Shown piece after piece: positions 1 through 49,338 of a stretch of 64,000 nucleotides of DNA. This stretch comes from Tubiluchus corallicola (lineage: Eukaryota; Animalia; Priapulida), in the NCBI GenBank assembly GCA_030141605.1, contig JAQGDQ010000140.1:434001-498000 (forward strand), written 5' to 3'. The notes under the pieces were generated by a model. It did no database searches. It worked only from the letters and a program-made list of their open reading frames with translations, and was not told the DNA's origin. The position numbers were made by a program, and so were the translations under genes. Within the stretch, counting starts at the first letter, position 1. Each line of letters opens with the position of its first letter.

Positions 1-1747
1 ACACTCTTACAGAGGTAAAGACTACTACTTCATAATGCCCATCTAATGCTCTTAATGCATCTCACTGCTCAAACTTGTAAAAATGCAGTATTGGTAAAAA
101 TATTAGTCTTATTACATGCATATCATATTCAGGCATTTCTGAATAACTAGAAAAAGACTAGAAGAAATAAGTCAAGATATTTCAGTTGTTAAAAGACATT
201 AAATACTGCTTAGGAAGTACTACTATATAGTTATATGTGTACTTCAAAATGCACGAAACCAAAACATTTCTACTAAGTAGAAGATAACATGTCATAGAAA
301 ATGTATTTCAGTTACAGGCATGCTTAGGTCAAAGTTCAAGTACACCTTTGCCTTCCCTCATAAGACAAGCAGTATAAACATGACATATTTAAGATAAACA
401 GTATATAAAAAATGCTAATAACTACTAGGGAACACAAAGAAACGATACAAAAGCAGATAAAAGAGGTATTGCCGCCATAGCAAGAGCTTAGCAAGCCAAG
501 CTTCATAAATTTCTAATAGGTCACTGACAATAGGTTTACATACAAAGTGCTGACATGATGTTTCTGCCATTTTAAAATTTTAAACTCATGTAAAAGTTGC
601 ATCGAAGAATATGAACTTTAAACATATAGTTCAAATTTGTGAACTCAAGTAAGTGAAAATGTTTATGATCAGCACATATTTTGCAGAAAAAGCAGTTGCT
701 TAAGACAAACGCAGATCTTGAACGGCAGAAATGTCAACAAGAGATTTGGCTTATGCACATATATGGTAAAAAGAAAGTAAAACGGGGCGCATGCAATACC
801 AGGGTTATGTACCTGTGTCTGTATCATTGCAATCGCCTGTAAGAAAACCAGTTCACCTCAATAAAACAATGGAAAATAAAGGAACACAATGCACAAAAAA
901 ACAATGGGTGCTTCATGTCAACCCGATTGTTATCAGTGTATTGTGCTGCAACCTGGTGCCACAAAAACTAAGCCAAATCTAGACGTAAAACAAATAAGGC
1001 TTGTTTTTTGTCTTAATTACCAAGGTAAAATACTTTGTTTCGAACAACGACAACTGGATTTTAACAGTGAAATAATTTGGCACATGCTATTAATTATAGA
1101 CTATGCTAAACCAGTATTCTTAATTAACTTTTTTAAGTTTACTTATAAAATCTACTACATTATGTTGAAGCGTATAAATTACTAAAGTGATATAAAACAC
1201 TAAGTAAAGACAACTACTAAGGACAGCAGACAAAGAATTTACATTAATGCAAAAAAAAATGACGTTTGATATTTCTCTTTGACATACAATACACAATGCA
1301 TGTAAATGAAAGACACTGCTTCATGAAAATAACAACAAAATGAAAAATAAATAAAATATAAAATAATATCACATTTACTGCAGCCCAGAATAGCAATAAA
1401 GTGATTAATCAATCATGATTTCTTAGCTCAGTTTTAGCTGATAAAAACCCCTAGATTACTCTAGAAACCTGCTGTTAAACAAGCACCATATTTAAGAAGA
1501 AAATGAGAAGTTTATTGGAATGACGTGCTTTCATGCTCACGTGTGTAATTTTAAAAGATACGCTTTTAAACAGAAATTAATGGGTGTGCCTTACTAGAGT
1601 AATCTCTCTTACGTAGTACTTATCAGACACGCAAAAATAAGGTTGGGATCAAAGGATTGAGCAGGAATAATAGTTAGTGCTGTGCTTGATCACGTGTGTT
1701 TTGAAAGTCACTAAAAAAAAAGAGCAAATATTTTAGCATTACTGCGC

Positions 1748-2141
1748 TAGATAAGTTAACAATAAGCATCGATTATTATCTATAATCATCGATTATCGTA
1801 TAGATATGAAAAATTTGTTTTTATCATTATTTACCCTGTACTGTATTTTTAGTGTCACTTTTCCAGTCATGTGCAGCTTGCATAGGTAATTATTTGTCTA
1901 TCGCTGCTTACATATTTAAGAATCACTATGACAAACAAAGTTGAGTTTCGTAACTAGCAGCCATTTAGGTATGAAGCACTGAATGCACTGAAACACTTAA
2001 TAATTTTAATTATTAATCATACTTCTTCTGTTGTTAAAAAATTGTCTAACTTCAGTATCGTTTTTATCGTATCGTACTGCATCATCCAAAAAAAAGATTA
2101 TTGTTACTGTATCGCCAGATTTGTATGACCTGACATCCCTA
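1748..2141 (-). mobile_element. Degenerate reverse-orientation relative of the same hAT-like MITE family
   Basis: Ends in TGACATCCCTA with TATCG repeats and CTGTATCGCCAGATTTG; left end decayed. Confidence 0.55.
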
Positions 2142-2594
2142 CACTATGCATCTTTTTTCTGACAGTCAGAAATTTTGCATTGACATCAATAAATGCAACA
2201 TTCCCTTTAGATTTGTTTATAAATATTAAAAACTGAAAACATTTTTTGTACTCAAGCTCACAAGCTGTAAAAAATATAGAGGTATCAAAAAGATTTACGG
2301 ATATTCATCTCCATGTAAAAATACAAAAAACTCCATTGTGTGATGAATGACAACGCAATGAATGAAAAAAACAACAACAGCTACTCTACTTTTACGCTAC
2401 TGTCTAAAAGAATTAAAGAATTGATTCAAAATGCCCACTATACAAGTAAAGAACAAAAACTAGTCTGAATAAAGCTAGCCTACACACTAAAAATGACGAA
2501 AAAGTACAAAAGGAAGGAGCAGCGCAAGCTCACAGTTGTAAGATCAAGAAATAATAAAATTAATGAAGTATTAGTCTACAATACCATATTGACG

Positions 2595-2766
<172 letters not shown>

Positions 2767-3453
2767 AAGGAAGAAATAGAAAAGGAAAGGGAAAGAGAAT
2801 GTGAGAGAGATGGGAAGGGAGGGACAGAGAAAGTCACTACAATTGGTACATTCTTTAAAAAGTACGCTCTGCTTTGCTCAAAGTCTAAAAAAGTAAGATC
2901 AACTTTCATCACTATTCATTATAGTAAATATTACTGTCCTGTTTTCTACTCGTCTCTTTACTAAGACGATAATTAGTTTTCCTATTTCTGTAATTTTTTA
3001 TCGACTAACTCTGGACGAGACCTCAAAACTGAAATAAACAATACATCAAGAAAATAAAAGCACAACCACGACAAAGGAAGCTTGGAAAAAACAGCATGCC
3101 GGCAAAGAAATGGCACCACACCTTAATAGACAAAAGCTCCACATGGTCCTTACACGGGTCCTAATTTGACACAATTTGAGCTAGATCAACAAGCGTCACT
3201 AAATGTGTGAATAGTTGAAAATGATGAAGCCATGAGGAAAAAAACTAGCAGTACAAAATAGAATACAAATAAAGCTGTTGTACATCGCATTATTTAGTGT
3301 GATTTTCAATTTTGTACTTGCATAACAGCATCAAATTCTTGCATTAAGTACGCAATTTTTGAATTGAAAGTAGAGCATAATTAGACCCGTGTTAGGAACC
3401 AAGTGACAAAGATGGCATCCCATTAATCTCTGAATAAGATCACGATATCTTAC

Positions 3454-3522
3454 TGCCTGATCCGTCGGTCGCTTGCTTAGCGGTAGCGGCATCAAACGGT
3501 CCGAACGTTCACCGCCAATCAC
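3454..3522 (-). CDS. ATP2B: PMCA alternative site-C exon (VIGGERSDRLMPLPLSKRPTDQA)
   Basis: 69 nt, phase 0/0, tttctgtaaag acceptor, GCA|GTAAGA donor. The peptide matches my recollection of the VIGGE...TDQA alternative tail of nematode and insect PMCAs. Confidence 0.82.
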
Positions 3523-4601
3523 CTTTACAGAAACAAACAAGTGAACAGGATTATTCAACAAGAGAACAGTGTTATTATAACATGATTCCAAGACAAACTC
3601 CTTGACGATTTTCAGCAAGTTTAAGGTAATACAATAGCTAAACATGAAGTATAATACATGCAACAGACATGTCAATTAAAAAGATACATTAATGACGACT
3701 TTCGAAAAAATGCCAGAAACATGCAGAAAAACTGCAAACGAATCTCGACAGTTTCTTTTTAAGAAAAACCTGATGCAATTGTTGCTTTTAAAACTACCCT
3801 GGATATGCACAATAGTTCTTCAATCCTGTTGTTATTGTACATAATTGCACAGTAACATTACAATAGCAGACATGTATATTAACCGTTCAACATGACATGC
3901 AAAATTACATATCACTGCAAATAACCTTTCCCCAAAAATTACTGATCAAATCATGCCTTTCCTACACAGGAATAACCCTTAAAATGAGTAGATAATTTGT
4001 CACTTGCGAGAGCACTCATTATACATCAGGGTTTAAGAATGATTCGTCTTCAAATGAAGTACTACGCAGGTTACATGTAAGACAATTTAAATGTTAAATA
4101 AAAATAGTAGTTATGTGCTTAGACAGAGAAATAACAATGCTAACAACATATTTTAGATGCGTCAAGTTATTTACAATTGCAGAGTAAATAACAAACAACA
4201 ATAATAACAAATATATACAAAAACAAATTCTGAATCAAAAAAGTGAATGATCACGAGAAAATCCAAAATAACGATTTTTAAGAAAACAAATACAAATTCA
4301 ATCAAGGAAATACCAAAGTTAAAAACTAGACATGTTTCCAGTTTACACAGATATTCCAACTCTTCAACAAAGATCAAATTCCAAAACAGATTTTTTTTTG
4401 TTAAATATTATCATAAAAGCACAGACTAGTTTTTGGTAGATATAAGTTATTTACAGAAACAAAATCACTTTCGCAAAAAGCTGAGAATACTGTATTTGCA
4501 GAGAACATGTATAATAAACAAAACATGTTCTCTCTACACAACTAAAACATAGCTACACATACTCAATTTAAAATGCTGACGGACCTAATATATAAGAACA
4601 A

Positions 4602-4640
<39 letters not shown>

Positions 4641-4772
4641 GTAACAATGCAGAATAATAGATAAATAATTAAATATTTTAATATCTCAAAGTATTTTTCA
4701 TTAGAAATAGCTTTCGTCCAGAATAAGTAGTTAACTTCCTGTCCGGGAATTGAACTTGGGACGTTTTGAATA

Positions 4773-5168
4773 CACTCATATCACGGTTTGCCGGACCTAG
4801 CTTTTACAGAAATTGGAAGAATTGGACAAAATCTCGACCGTTAAAAAGTCCCGCATACTACAGACACAGTCCTATGCTAATCTATGACTTTAATCTATGC
4901 TAATTCGCAGGCCGTCACTTTGTTTACACCATTTATGCATGTGCAGAAAAAATATAGAGTCAATGATACGGAGTTATTCGAGTCAATTGCCGATAGTTTT
5001 TATTTACTTTTGCATAGGCCCGTACTAGACATTTTTGAGACAACTGATTCTACATTACCGTGAGTCTAATACACGGCGCCTACTGCATTAGCTTAGTGAA
5101 TACGAACAGTCGGCAAAATTTCGGACCGATGTCTTCCTGCTTTTGTCCGGCAAACCTAGATATGAGTG
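4773..5168. mobile_element. MITE with 24-bp TIRs, superfamily uncertain
   Basis: CACTCATATCACGGTTTGCCGGAC versus GTCCGGCAAACCTAGATATGAGTG (22/24 complementary); no clear TSD. Confidence 0.75.
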
Positions 5169-6493
5169 AACCAGTAAATAGGTAAATAAAGTACTGCAGA
5201 GATCTTAAAGTAATATCTTAGATTTTTCTTTTTTACAGGTTATTGGCAGTGTCAGAAATTTACTTTTGATTTACTATAATTTACTCTATGATATGAAAGC
5301 AACGTACCTTTACTTCAAGATATTAAGCATACTTTTCTACACTATCATATATCGTGACATCATCGCAAATAGTTTTTTAGTTCCACGTGAAATTATTCAT
5401 GCATCAGAAGTAGCTTTAATAAGATAAACTTACTCTTTTGCTAATTTACTGATCACTTGTAGTTAATTAGTTTGAAAACTAGAAAAATCAGGAACTGAAC
5501 TTGAACCATATTGCTGTCACTCAAGTTCTAAGATACAGTGTAATAATAGTCACCTAATTATGGCTACAATGATAACTCTATATAACAATTATCAAAATTC
5601 ATCGTGAATGCATAAGATAATGAGCTATTTTTACAAAAGTACTTCCACCAGAAGCTCAAAAAAGATGATAACATTCTTGTAGTTATAGGCATATTAATAA
5701 TAATACTGCAAATCATGATATTATACATCTAGTGATTCTAAAACAAACACAAACATTAAATATTAATAAGAATTCTATACACAAAGTAACTGTGTAAAAT
5801 TTTTCTATCACCAAGTTTACCTGCATACAACATCGAAAATCATTCTTAAAATCAAGATTTTCAAGAATGGTAGACAAAAATTTTGTATGTAGAAAAACGT
5901 TTATGTTGCACGATGCGGTACACCGGTAAATTAAACTTTGTACAAATAACTTTATTTTCTTAAACAATTGTCACTAACAAAACTTTTGTACATAAAACGC
6001 AAAAAGAAATGCCACTGGGCTTTTGTACAATGACTGAAAGCTTTACTCTTCCTACACAAATTGTAATAAAAAAATCAACAACTGCTAAGTTTTTCATACA
6101 TCCGTATGCAAAAAAATAACTCAAATGACTAGGACTCAATAGTTTATTAAATACAGTTGTACCCAAATACTACAAATACTTTCAAGTTTAACTTACTCAT
6201 AAAAATGTACACATGATTAAACTTCACATATCACACATACGAAGGAGGAATATTTTATCGTATTTTTTTAAAAAAGCTGCCTCTTTTGCATACTGTCCTA
6301 ATCAAACCATCAGTACAAATAATGTTAATTGGTTAAAAATGTTAGTAACTAAAACTACCACGAGAAGCGCATAAGTCAATGATGATTAGTAAAAAGTATG
6401 ACCAGAAGTGCGACATGTTGCATTAACAAACAGACAGAAAAGAGTACAGTATCCCGTCACCAGAGGTCAGAATAGAACAAGCAAGAGCTGTGA

Positions 6494-42700
<36,207 letters not shown>

Positions 42701-45700
42701 CTTGCTCTAATCGTGAGCTAATCCGCCCTAAAAAATTGAAACGAATTACTAAGATATTGTTTCATGCACTTTACGTATCAAAGTCAGGCAACTAAAGCTA
42801 TCTAAAGGTAGCAAATGAGAAACAGTCAACACGGGGTTTGAACTTGAACCACAGACTTCTGAATGACAAGCCCAACCAGGCACACAGTCACTTATGATCA
42901 AGCCAAGGCAGTCTTAATTTAATTATAATAATTCATGAAACAAACCAATATTTCCAAGGGGCTACTGTTACTTCACTCATAATACTTGATACTAGAGTAG
43001 TTATATATAGATTAAATAGATAAACCAAAGTACACCAATCATTAACTGAGAGTTTATTAATGAAGATTATAAAAGAGTTAATTAGCAAGTGCATTAAAAT
43101 GAGTATAGAAAATCAGCTATCTTAATAAGCTATTAAGATTAAATGCTGGCCTGCCTTGACCACAAGGTTGTGTGTGGCCTAGTTGTTACAGAAGAAGGTT
43201 CCTTGCAATATGAGGCTTCTTGCTTCAAATCTAGACTATACTTTTTCACAATTTGTGTCCCTCTTGATCAACCTTAGTTTCAAAAATTTAACAATGATTA
43301 GGATTTCACGTTCAATGAATAAACTAGAAATTAGAATTACAAGTGCTCCATTAACACTCAGAAAAATACCAGACACTAGCAGTAGGTCTTCACTGAAGTG
43401 GTGCATTAGCAAAGTTAAAGGTACAAAAATTAGGTACAGTCAACAACAAAATGTGAGACTAACTGCAGACCCATTTGCTCCATGAGATCTTTGATTCTGT
43501 ACAAATAAAATGGACACGGCAGCCCCAATGTCTCTTTTGTATAAGGACCAAGAGATTCAAGAGTAACCCATTGGTCTAACTGAAGGAAACTCAAGTAGAA
43601 CCAAACCTTGTCCCCAGGTGTTCCAACCAACAATCTATTGGTCTTAATCAGATGGAATCCAATACCTACGAGGTGACAGTTCAACATCAGTCAAAACTTA
43701 GATAAATGCAAATTTAGAAATCACAAAACTGAACGCCAAATTCCACACCAAAAACTGCAAAGTTGATAATGATGTTTAGTAAATGTTTACACTGGTTATT
43801 CAGTGAAATTATACTAATCTAATATTGACGCTGGACATTGATCTAATTCTAGTGGAGGAAGATGTAATTTAACCACACGGATCAATACCGGAGAGATCTA
43901 TCTCGGCAAACACTCCAAACAGTAAGACATTTACTCCTGTTGACTTGTAAGACTAGTAGATTACTGCCGTCATTAGTCTGTATGCCAAACACTATTTCCG
44001 GGCTCGAGAGTCGCGTGTAGTTTGTACATAATCTAAATGCATGGAAATCCAGACTTATTATCAATTTCCAATTAGTCCTTTTAACATATGTGGCAGTAAG
44101 CATTGAATCGGTAAAAATGAAGATGTTTAATTTGCAGAGAATGTCACTAAAATGGACGAAACATCATCAGACGATCATTGCAGAGAGGCGTGTATACAGC
44201 TGCAGCCAGAAAACCATCAAACATAACACCACAGCAAACAAGGAGCACACCATTAGCCATGGTATCACTTGTTTCATCCATAAAACATGAATTGACATAT
44301 GCATAATGCATGCGCTTGATTATTATCACTGCTGCTGCAGTGTCAGCCAACCATCTTGAGCTCCGCAATAAAATTAAGTGGATGGAATTGACTTTAAAAT
44401 GTGCCGTAAAATAAACGGCTGGCGTTCACGGAAACGCGGAACAGTGAAAAATTATTTTTAATAGGCACCTTAATAGAGCAATTTGCTGCAGCTGAAACTG
44501 AATAAAAGCTGCTGAATAATAATGTGGCAATGTGGTAATCTAGTGTCTCATATCTTATTCTAATCTCTGACAAGTTTGACTGCCCGAGTTCAACTCCTCG
44601 GTTACCTATCTTAACTTAGTCGCTGTGATAAAACTGCAATGTGTACAGTAATGACGATATTAGAATCTCAAGACGTTTCAAAAATTTTAAGAACGTCAAT
44701 TAACTTTCATGATATGTCAGCTTCCATTAAAATTAATAAGCCTGTTCCTTTGTTGCATTAATAAAACGCTGAATATTTAATTTTAACTTGTGGTGTCCAT
44801 GATCAAGTTTCACTTTGCTCAACTTTATTTATTTTAGACAAACATGGCCTCCAGAGCTCTCACAATTAAAAATTTATTCAGGGACTGAAGTCAAGAATGT
44901 TTCAAATTTGCTAGTTTTCTGAATTTTGTTATAATTATTGTGATGAAGACTACACGCATAATATAATGAATGAATGATTATACGAATAAGTATCTGTTAG
45001 TATTGTACTTATGTACACTGTTCAGTAGTCATTGTTATAACAAAATAAATAATTGAATTTAACTGAATTGTAACCACTTATGGATATTTATAAAGTTTGA
45101 TAATAACAGTTGAAAATGGCATTATAAGGAATGAAAAATCGAGACAACTTCCAAATTCACAAAGCCTCTATAAAACCGTCAAAAATGACCAATTTACTAC
45201 AGGCAATAATAGTGAGTGCATCACGAAATCGCTACAAGTGGACAATATATGTATCAAAGATCAAACACAAATACAAGAGCTGGCAGCAAGTTAACACTAG
45301 ATAACAGTTATAGTTATGTAAATCCAATCTTACAGAAATCACAGTAAAACTATCTAGTATAAAAGCTAGTATCTAGTATAGTATAGTAGTAAAAAGCAAG
45401 GGCTATCTTGATTATTATAAAACGTTATTGTACAGAAAAACTTTCCTTTGTTTAATGTAAATTCCAATTATTCATGTAACTGTGCTCCGGTAACTATGTT
45501 TAATTTGGTTATCATGTCTTCTTTAGACAAATGATTACGCACATCAGAGCTGGAGGAGTTTGTCTCTTGCAGTTTTTGTATCTTTTAATCAAGACCCAAA
45601 TCAATCAATCAATCAATCACTTGTTTTTCCATTATCAGAGGCCAATAACTGTCCTCAGCGTAGAAACCAGTGATGAAAGGCCTGAGAGTTTGATCCATAA

Positions 45701-48700
45701 AAATAACGTAAAAGAAGCTTAATGTAGCCACGCATTCTTTGATCAGCAAAGGACTGCAGGGATCTGATCCCAAATCAGACCCGACAAATGATATTTTAGT
45801 TACCATATTGCTATAAAAAACTTCACAGTGATAGTCATCACGAACAACTATCATTTCATTAAGAACATTCACTTCGCTATTAATGTCAGCAATAAAGCTT
45901 TCATATTATGGATTAAGTCTTCAAGTCCACTTAGTCATACAACATTGTTATTACACACAATATTATTGTTAGGACAAAAAATAGAGAAATTATTTAAATG
46001 ATTTGACGAGGTTTTAGCAGAGATAAATTTCAACAGTGGAAAACGCTTATTAATTACACTATTTGTACAGTTACACTATATATAGCTTTGTTTTAAGAAT
46101 GTCTAGAAACAAAAATTCTGCCAAAATACATGTAATATGATAACATTTATTTATTTGTAATTTATTTCATAACAGGTATGAGGTGATAGTAACCAGTTTA
46201 TTCTCCAATATGTATTCTTAATTTGCATAATGTATAAATCCCTGAAAAATCTTTACCTTCCAAATGCCATAAAGGGCACCAAAATGTTTTAATAATGATG
46301 GTTAAACAGAGTACTCTCCAGTTTTTGTAATGGCATAGTTTCTAATTTATTCAGGTATTCCAAAATCCCAAATTCACCTGTTAACGTAGGATTTAAAAGT
46401 TTAAAATGGCAAATAATTTTTAAAGCAAAACCGGACACAATCTTAAACTGTGGAAACAATCTACTCTTTAAAATATTGAAAGAAAACAGAATTATTACCA
46501 CACGAACACAATTTAGCGTTCGCGCCACTAGTTCTTCAGTGTCACACACGTTTCGCTATTCGTTAGTTAGACAGGCACTAGTGCCTGCATTTTGGAAATG
46601 CATTGCACAAAAACAGGTGTTGTACCTCTTAGTTCAGATTTGTTAGTTCGTGGCGAACTGCACACTTTCGACAGAACATGCGTGAGCACAGCGATAAATT
46701 TAAAATTTGTATTTTTATCTTAAAACTTGTCCATTTCAACACACTGAACATCTTCCAGTAGCACTGTACTTCAATTTATGCTTTTCCAACACACGCATGG
46801 AATATTTTTGCTATTGAAAATTATGTTAGTTTGTGATGTCATCAATAGCAGAGCTCGCCTGCCGTTAATTAATTATCAGATATACTTTGCAGTATTAATT
46901 GCGTTAAAATGTATAACTTTTATCAGACTTGCAAATGAGGTAGTATAATTATGAAAAATCATCCCATCTTCCTTTAAACAAAATGGTATTTAAGCTATAA
47001 ATGGTAACCAAAACGCTAACTTACTGTTGGCATAAGAATTATTGTCAAATTTCATAAAATAGCGGTACCCTCTGCAATCTTGCAGCAGACCACATTTAAT
47101 GGTGCAGTCTAAACCTGCTGCTGATGCTGTTTGCACTCCTCATTCGTTGGCCACTAATGCTGCAGCTTATCGTTGTAAATAATACAACTTGGCTTCTTCT
47201 ACAACCGCAAGACAATTACTGTCACCCATCTCCATTTGCAGTGCACTGTCTCAGATAATTTACATCCCAGGAGATGAAGCCGGCCGAAAGGCGTGAAGCC
47301 AGGAACCAACATTTCACCAAAATTTTCACGCGAATTCCCCAAACTTCCAGGTGTAATTAAGGTGATCTCTATTCACTAATGTAACAAACGGACGGGGAAG
47401 AATCAAATATTTATTGTTACTCCTAGAATAGCCTATATTAAATAATTTAGAAGCTGAACTAACAGGGCTCACCGCACTGTGCAGGCAAAGTGTAATCAAT
47501 AAGCTACACTGTACATAGATACCATAAACTATTATTTGGCCGAATTCAATTAGCGGTGGCTCATTAAAGGCTGCTTAGGGAACTGTTGTTTTGTCAACGA
47601 CCTCTCCTAATGTCATTATAAGTTTATAACGTCATGCGCAACGATCGCAATTTTAACATGCAAAAATTCAAAATTAAAGGAACAGCTAGGGATTTGCGTT
47701 CAGTGTTAAGAGCGACGTGGTTTCGTAGGAAAGAGCCTCATCATTATTTCAGGACGTTTCAAAGCACCAAAACCTTGTTTTCAATCAATGCATCAGCAGC
47801 ATACAATTTACACGAGAGCAATAATAAAAATCCTTTGTTTAGAGTTTACTTAAAAACACTATGAAAATCCCCCAAAAAAAGGATTCCGATAATATTACGC
47901 CTAAACTGACGTCTGAAGGCAATTTTGGCTGGAAGAAAGAAGCGTGAAAAAAACTGAAATAAGCTTACATTTGAACCATGGACGTTTAGATTACAAGCCC
48001 AATGTCAAGACTACTGGACCTCAAAGCACCTTAAATGAGACAATATTGTAAAATACGATTTCAAAAGCAATAATTCATGTATTTGCATGCTTAAAACACT
48101 AACTCAATTCAGCCAATACTAAATAAATTATATTTCTGCAGAAATCTAACAAAACACACAGTACGTCCAAACACAATAAATGCTACACTGATTAAACTCA
48201 ACCGGTACCCCACACAGCTAAATTTCCACTTGTTCAATTTTCCCATCGGTTTAATTTCGGCTGAAATTGAGTGATTAATAAGTAATACTGCAGTTAGTTT
48301 GAAGGTGATTGAAGAGAAGCTTTACAACAATTACTGCCAATCAAGTGCCATAGTTAATAATCTTGCAAGACAGCGATACATGCTGCAAAAATGACTTAAT
48401 GCACAAGAAACAGGTTTAGTTTACATTCAAAAATAGACATAGAAGTTGACAATCATAAGCCGACAGCTACTTATCTTATAATGTCTGATGATTACCTGTC
48501 TGATGTCATTGTTTTCTTATTTTATGTTTTCTTTCGACTTCTTCTTTCCTTCTGTTTTCTTTCTACTAACTGCAACATGGCTCTTCTTTTCTCATCATCT
48601 ACCTTCTTCATTCCTCATTTCACATTTCATGGTAACAAGGTCCCCTTTTTAGCTACCACGAGGCAAACTTCAACACCTTAATACAGTATTTCTAGGAAGT

Positions 48701-49089
48701 CAGTATTAACTTTATTTTTTGCAGTTTTCAATTATACAAGATGTTCTACATGTATATTTGCATTATTGTAGTTTGCTGGTGAAATAAACTGAATTTGAAT
48801 TTGATTATTAACGGATTTAAGGCTTTGTAAACTTAAAAAAGAAACTTAAGTAATTTCACAGATTTTAATGCCAGATCTAACTAAGAACTGTTCTAAATTT
48901 CATACTTCGAGAAAGTTCGTAGTCACTCTGTCAGTCTGGTCAAGTACTGTGCTACTGTACATCTTTCAGCATGATGTGCAAAAACTCGGCAAATTTTAAG
49001 ACAAAACATGAAATTTAATTTTACTGCTGTGGTCACGCATTAACTCTTGAATGTGTACTACATCACAAATTAACACTTCTGAACTGAGA

Positions 49090-49338
49090 CGTACAGCATG
49101 TTTTTATGTGTAATGCAATAAAAGATGCAGGTACTGATGCCCATCTAACTAACTAGCGAATAGCGAAAAACATACAACAATGAATAACTGGAAGTGCGAA
49201 TGCGAAATTACAATTCTGTGGTAATAATTTTTTGAGGCATTCTTGAAAAAATAGTACCAAGATATGTTTACTTTCAATAATTTGTAGAACAGATTGTTTT
49301 GAGTTACAATTTTAAGATTGGGTCCGGTTTTCCTTTAA
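49090..49338. mobile_element. Second copy of the right arm of the Kolobok-like element
   Basis: Shares AGATTGTTTTGAG.TACA..TT..GATTGGGTCCGGTTTTCCTTTAA and GCCC.TCTAACT with 33790-33990; left end not resolved. Confidence 0.55.

Noticed and set aside
3331-3675. 114-aa ORF as a standalone gene
   Set aside because: Only the 69-nt core is exon-like; the rest is intronic read-through.
43860-44110. Possible LINE reverse-transcriptase remnant (LQVNRSKC...LRY)
   Set aside because: Motif resemblance is too short and degraded to support without a search.
47280-47370. FPKLPGVI peptide resembling a Harbinger transposase motif
   Set aside because: The following catalytic IDG motif is absent and the match is too short.
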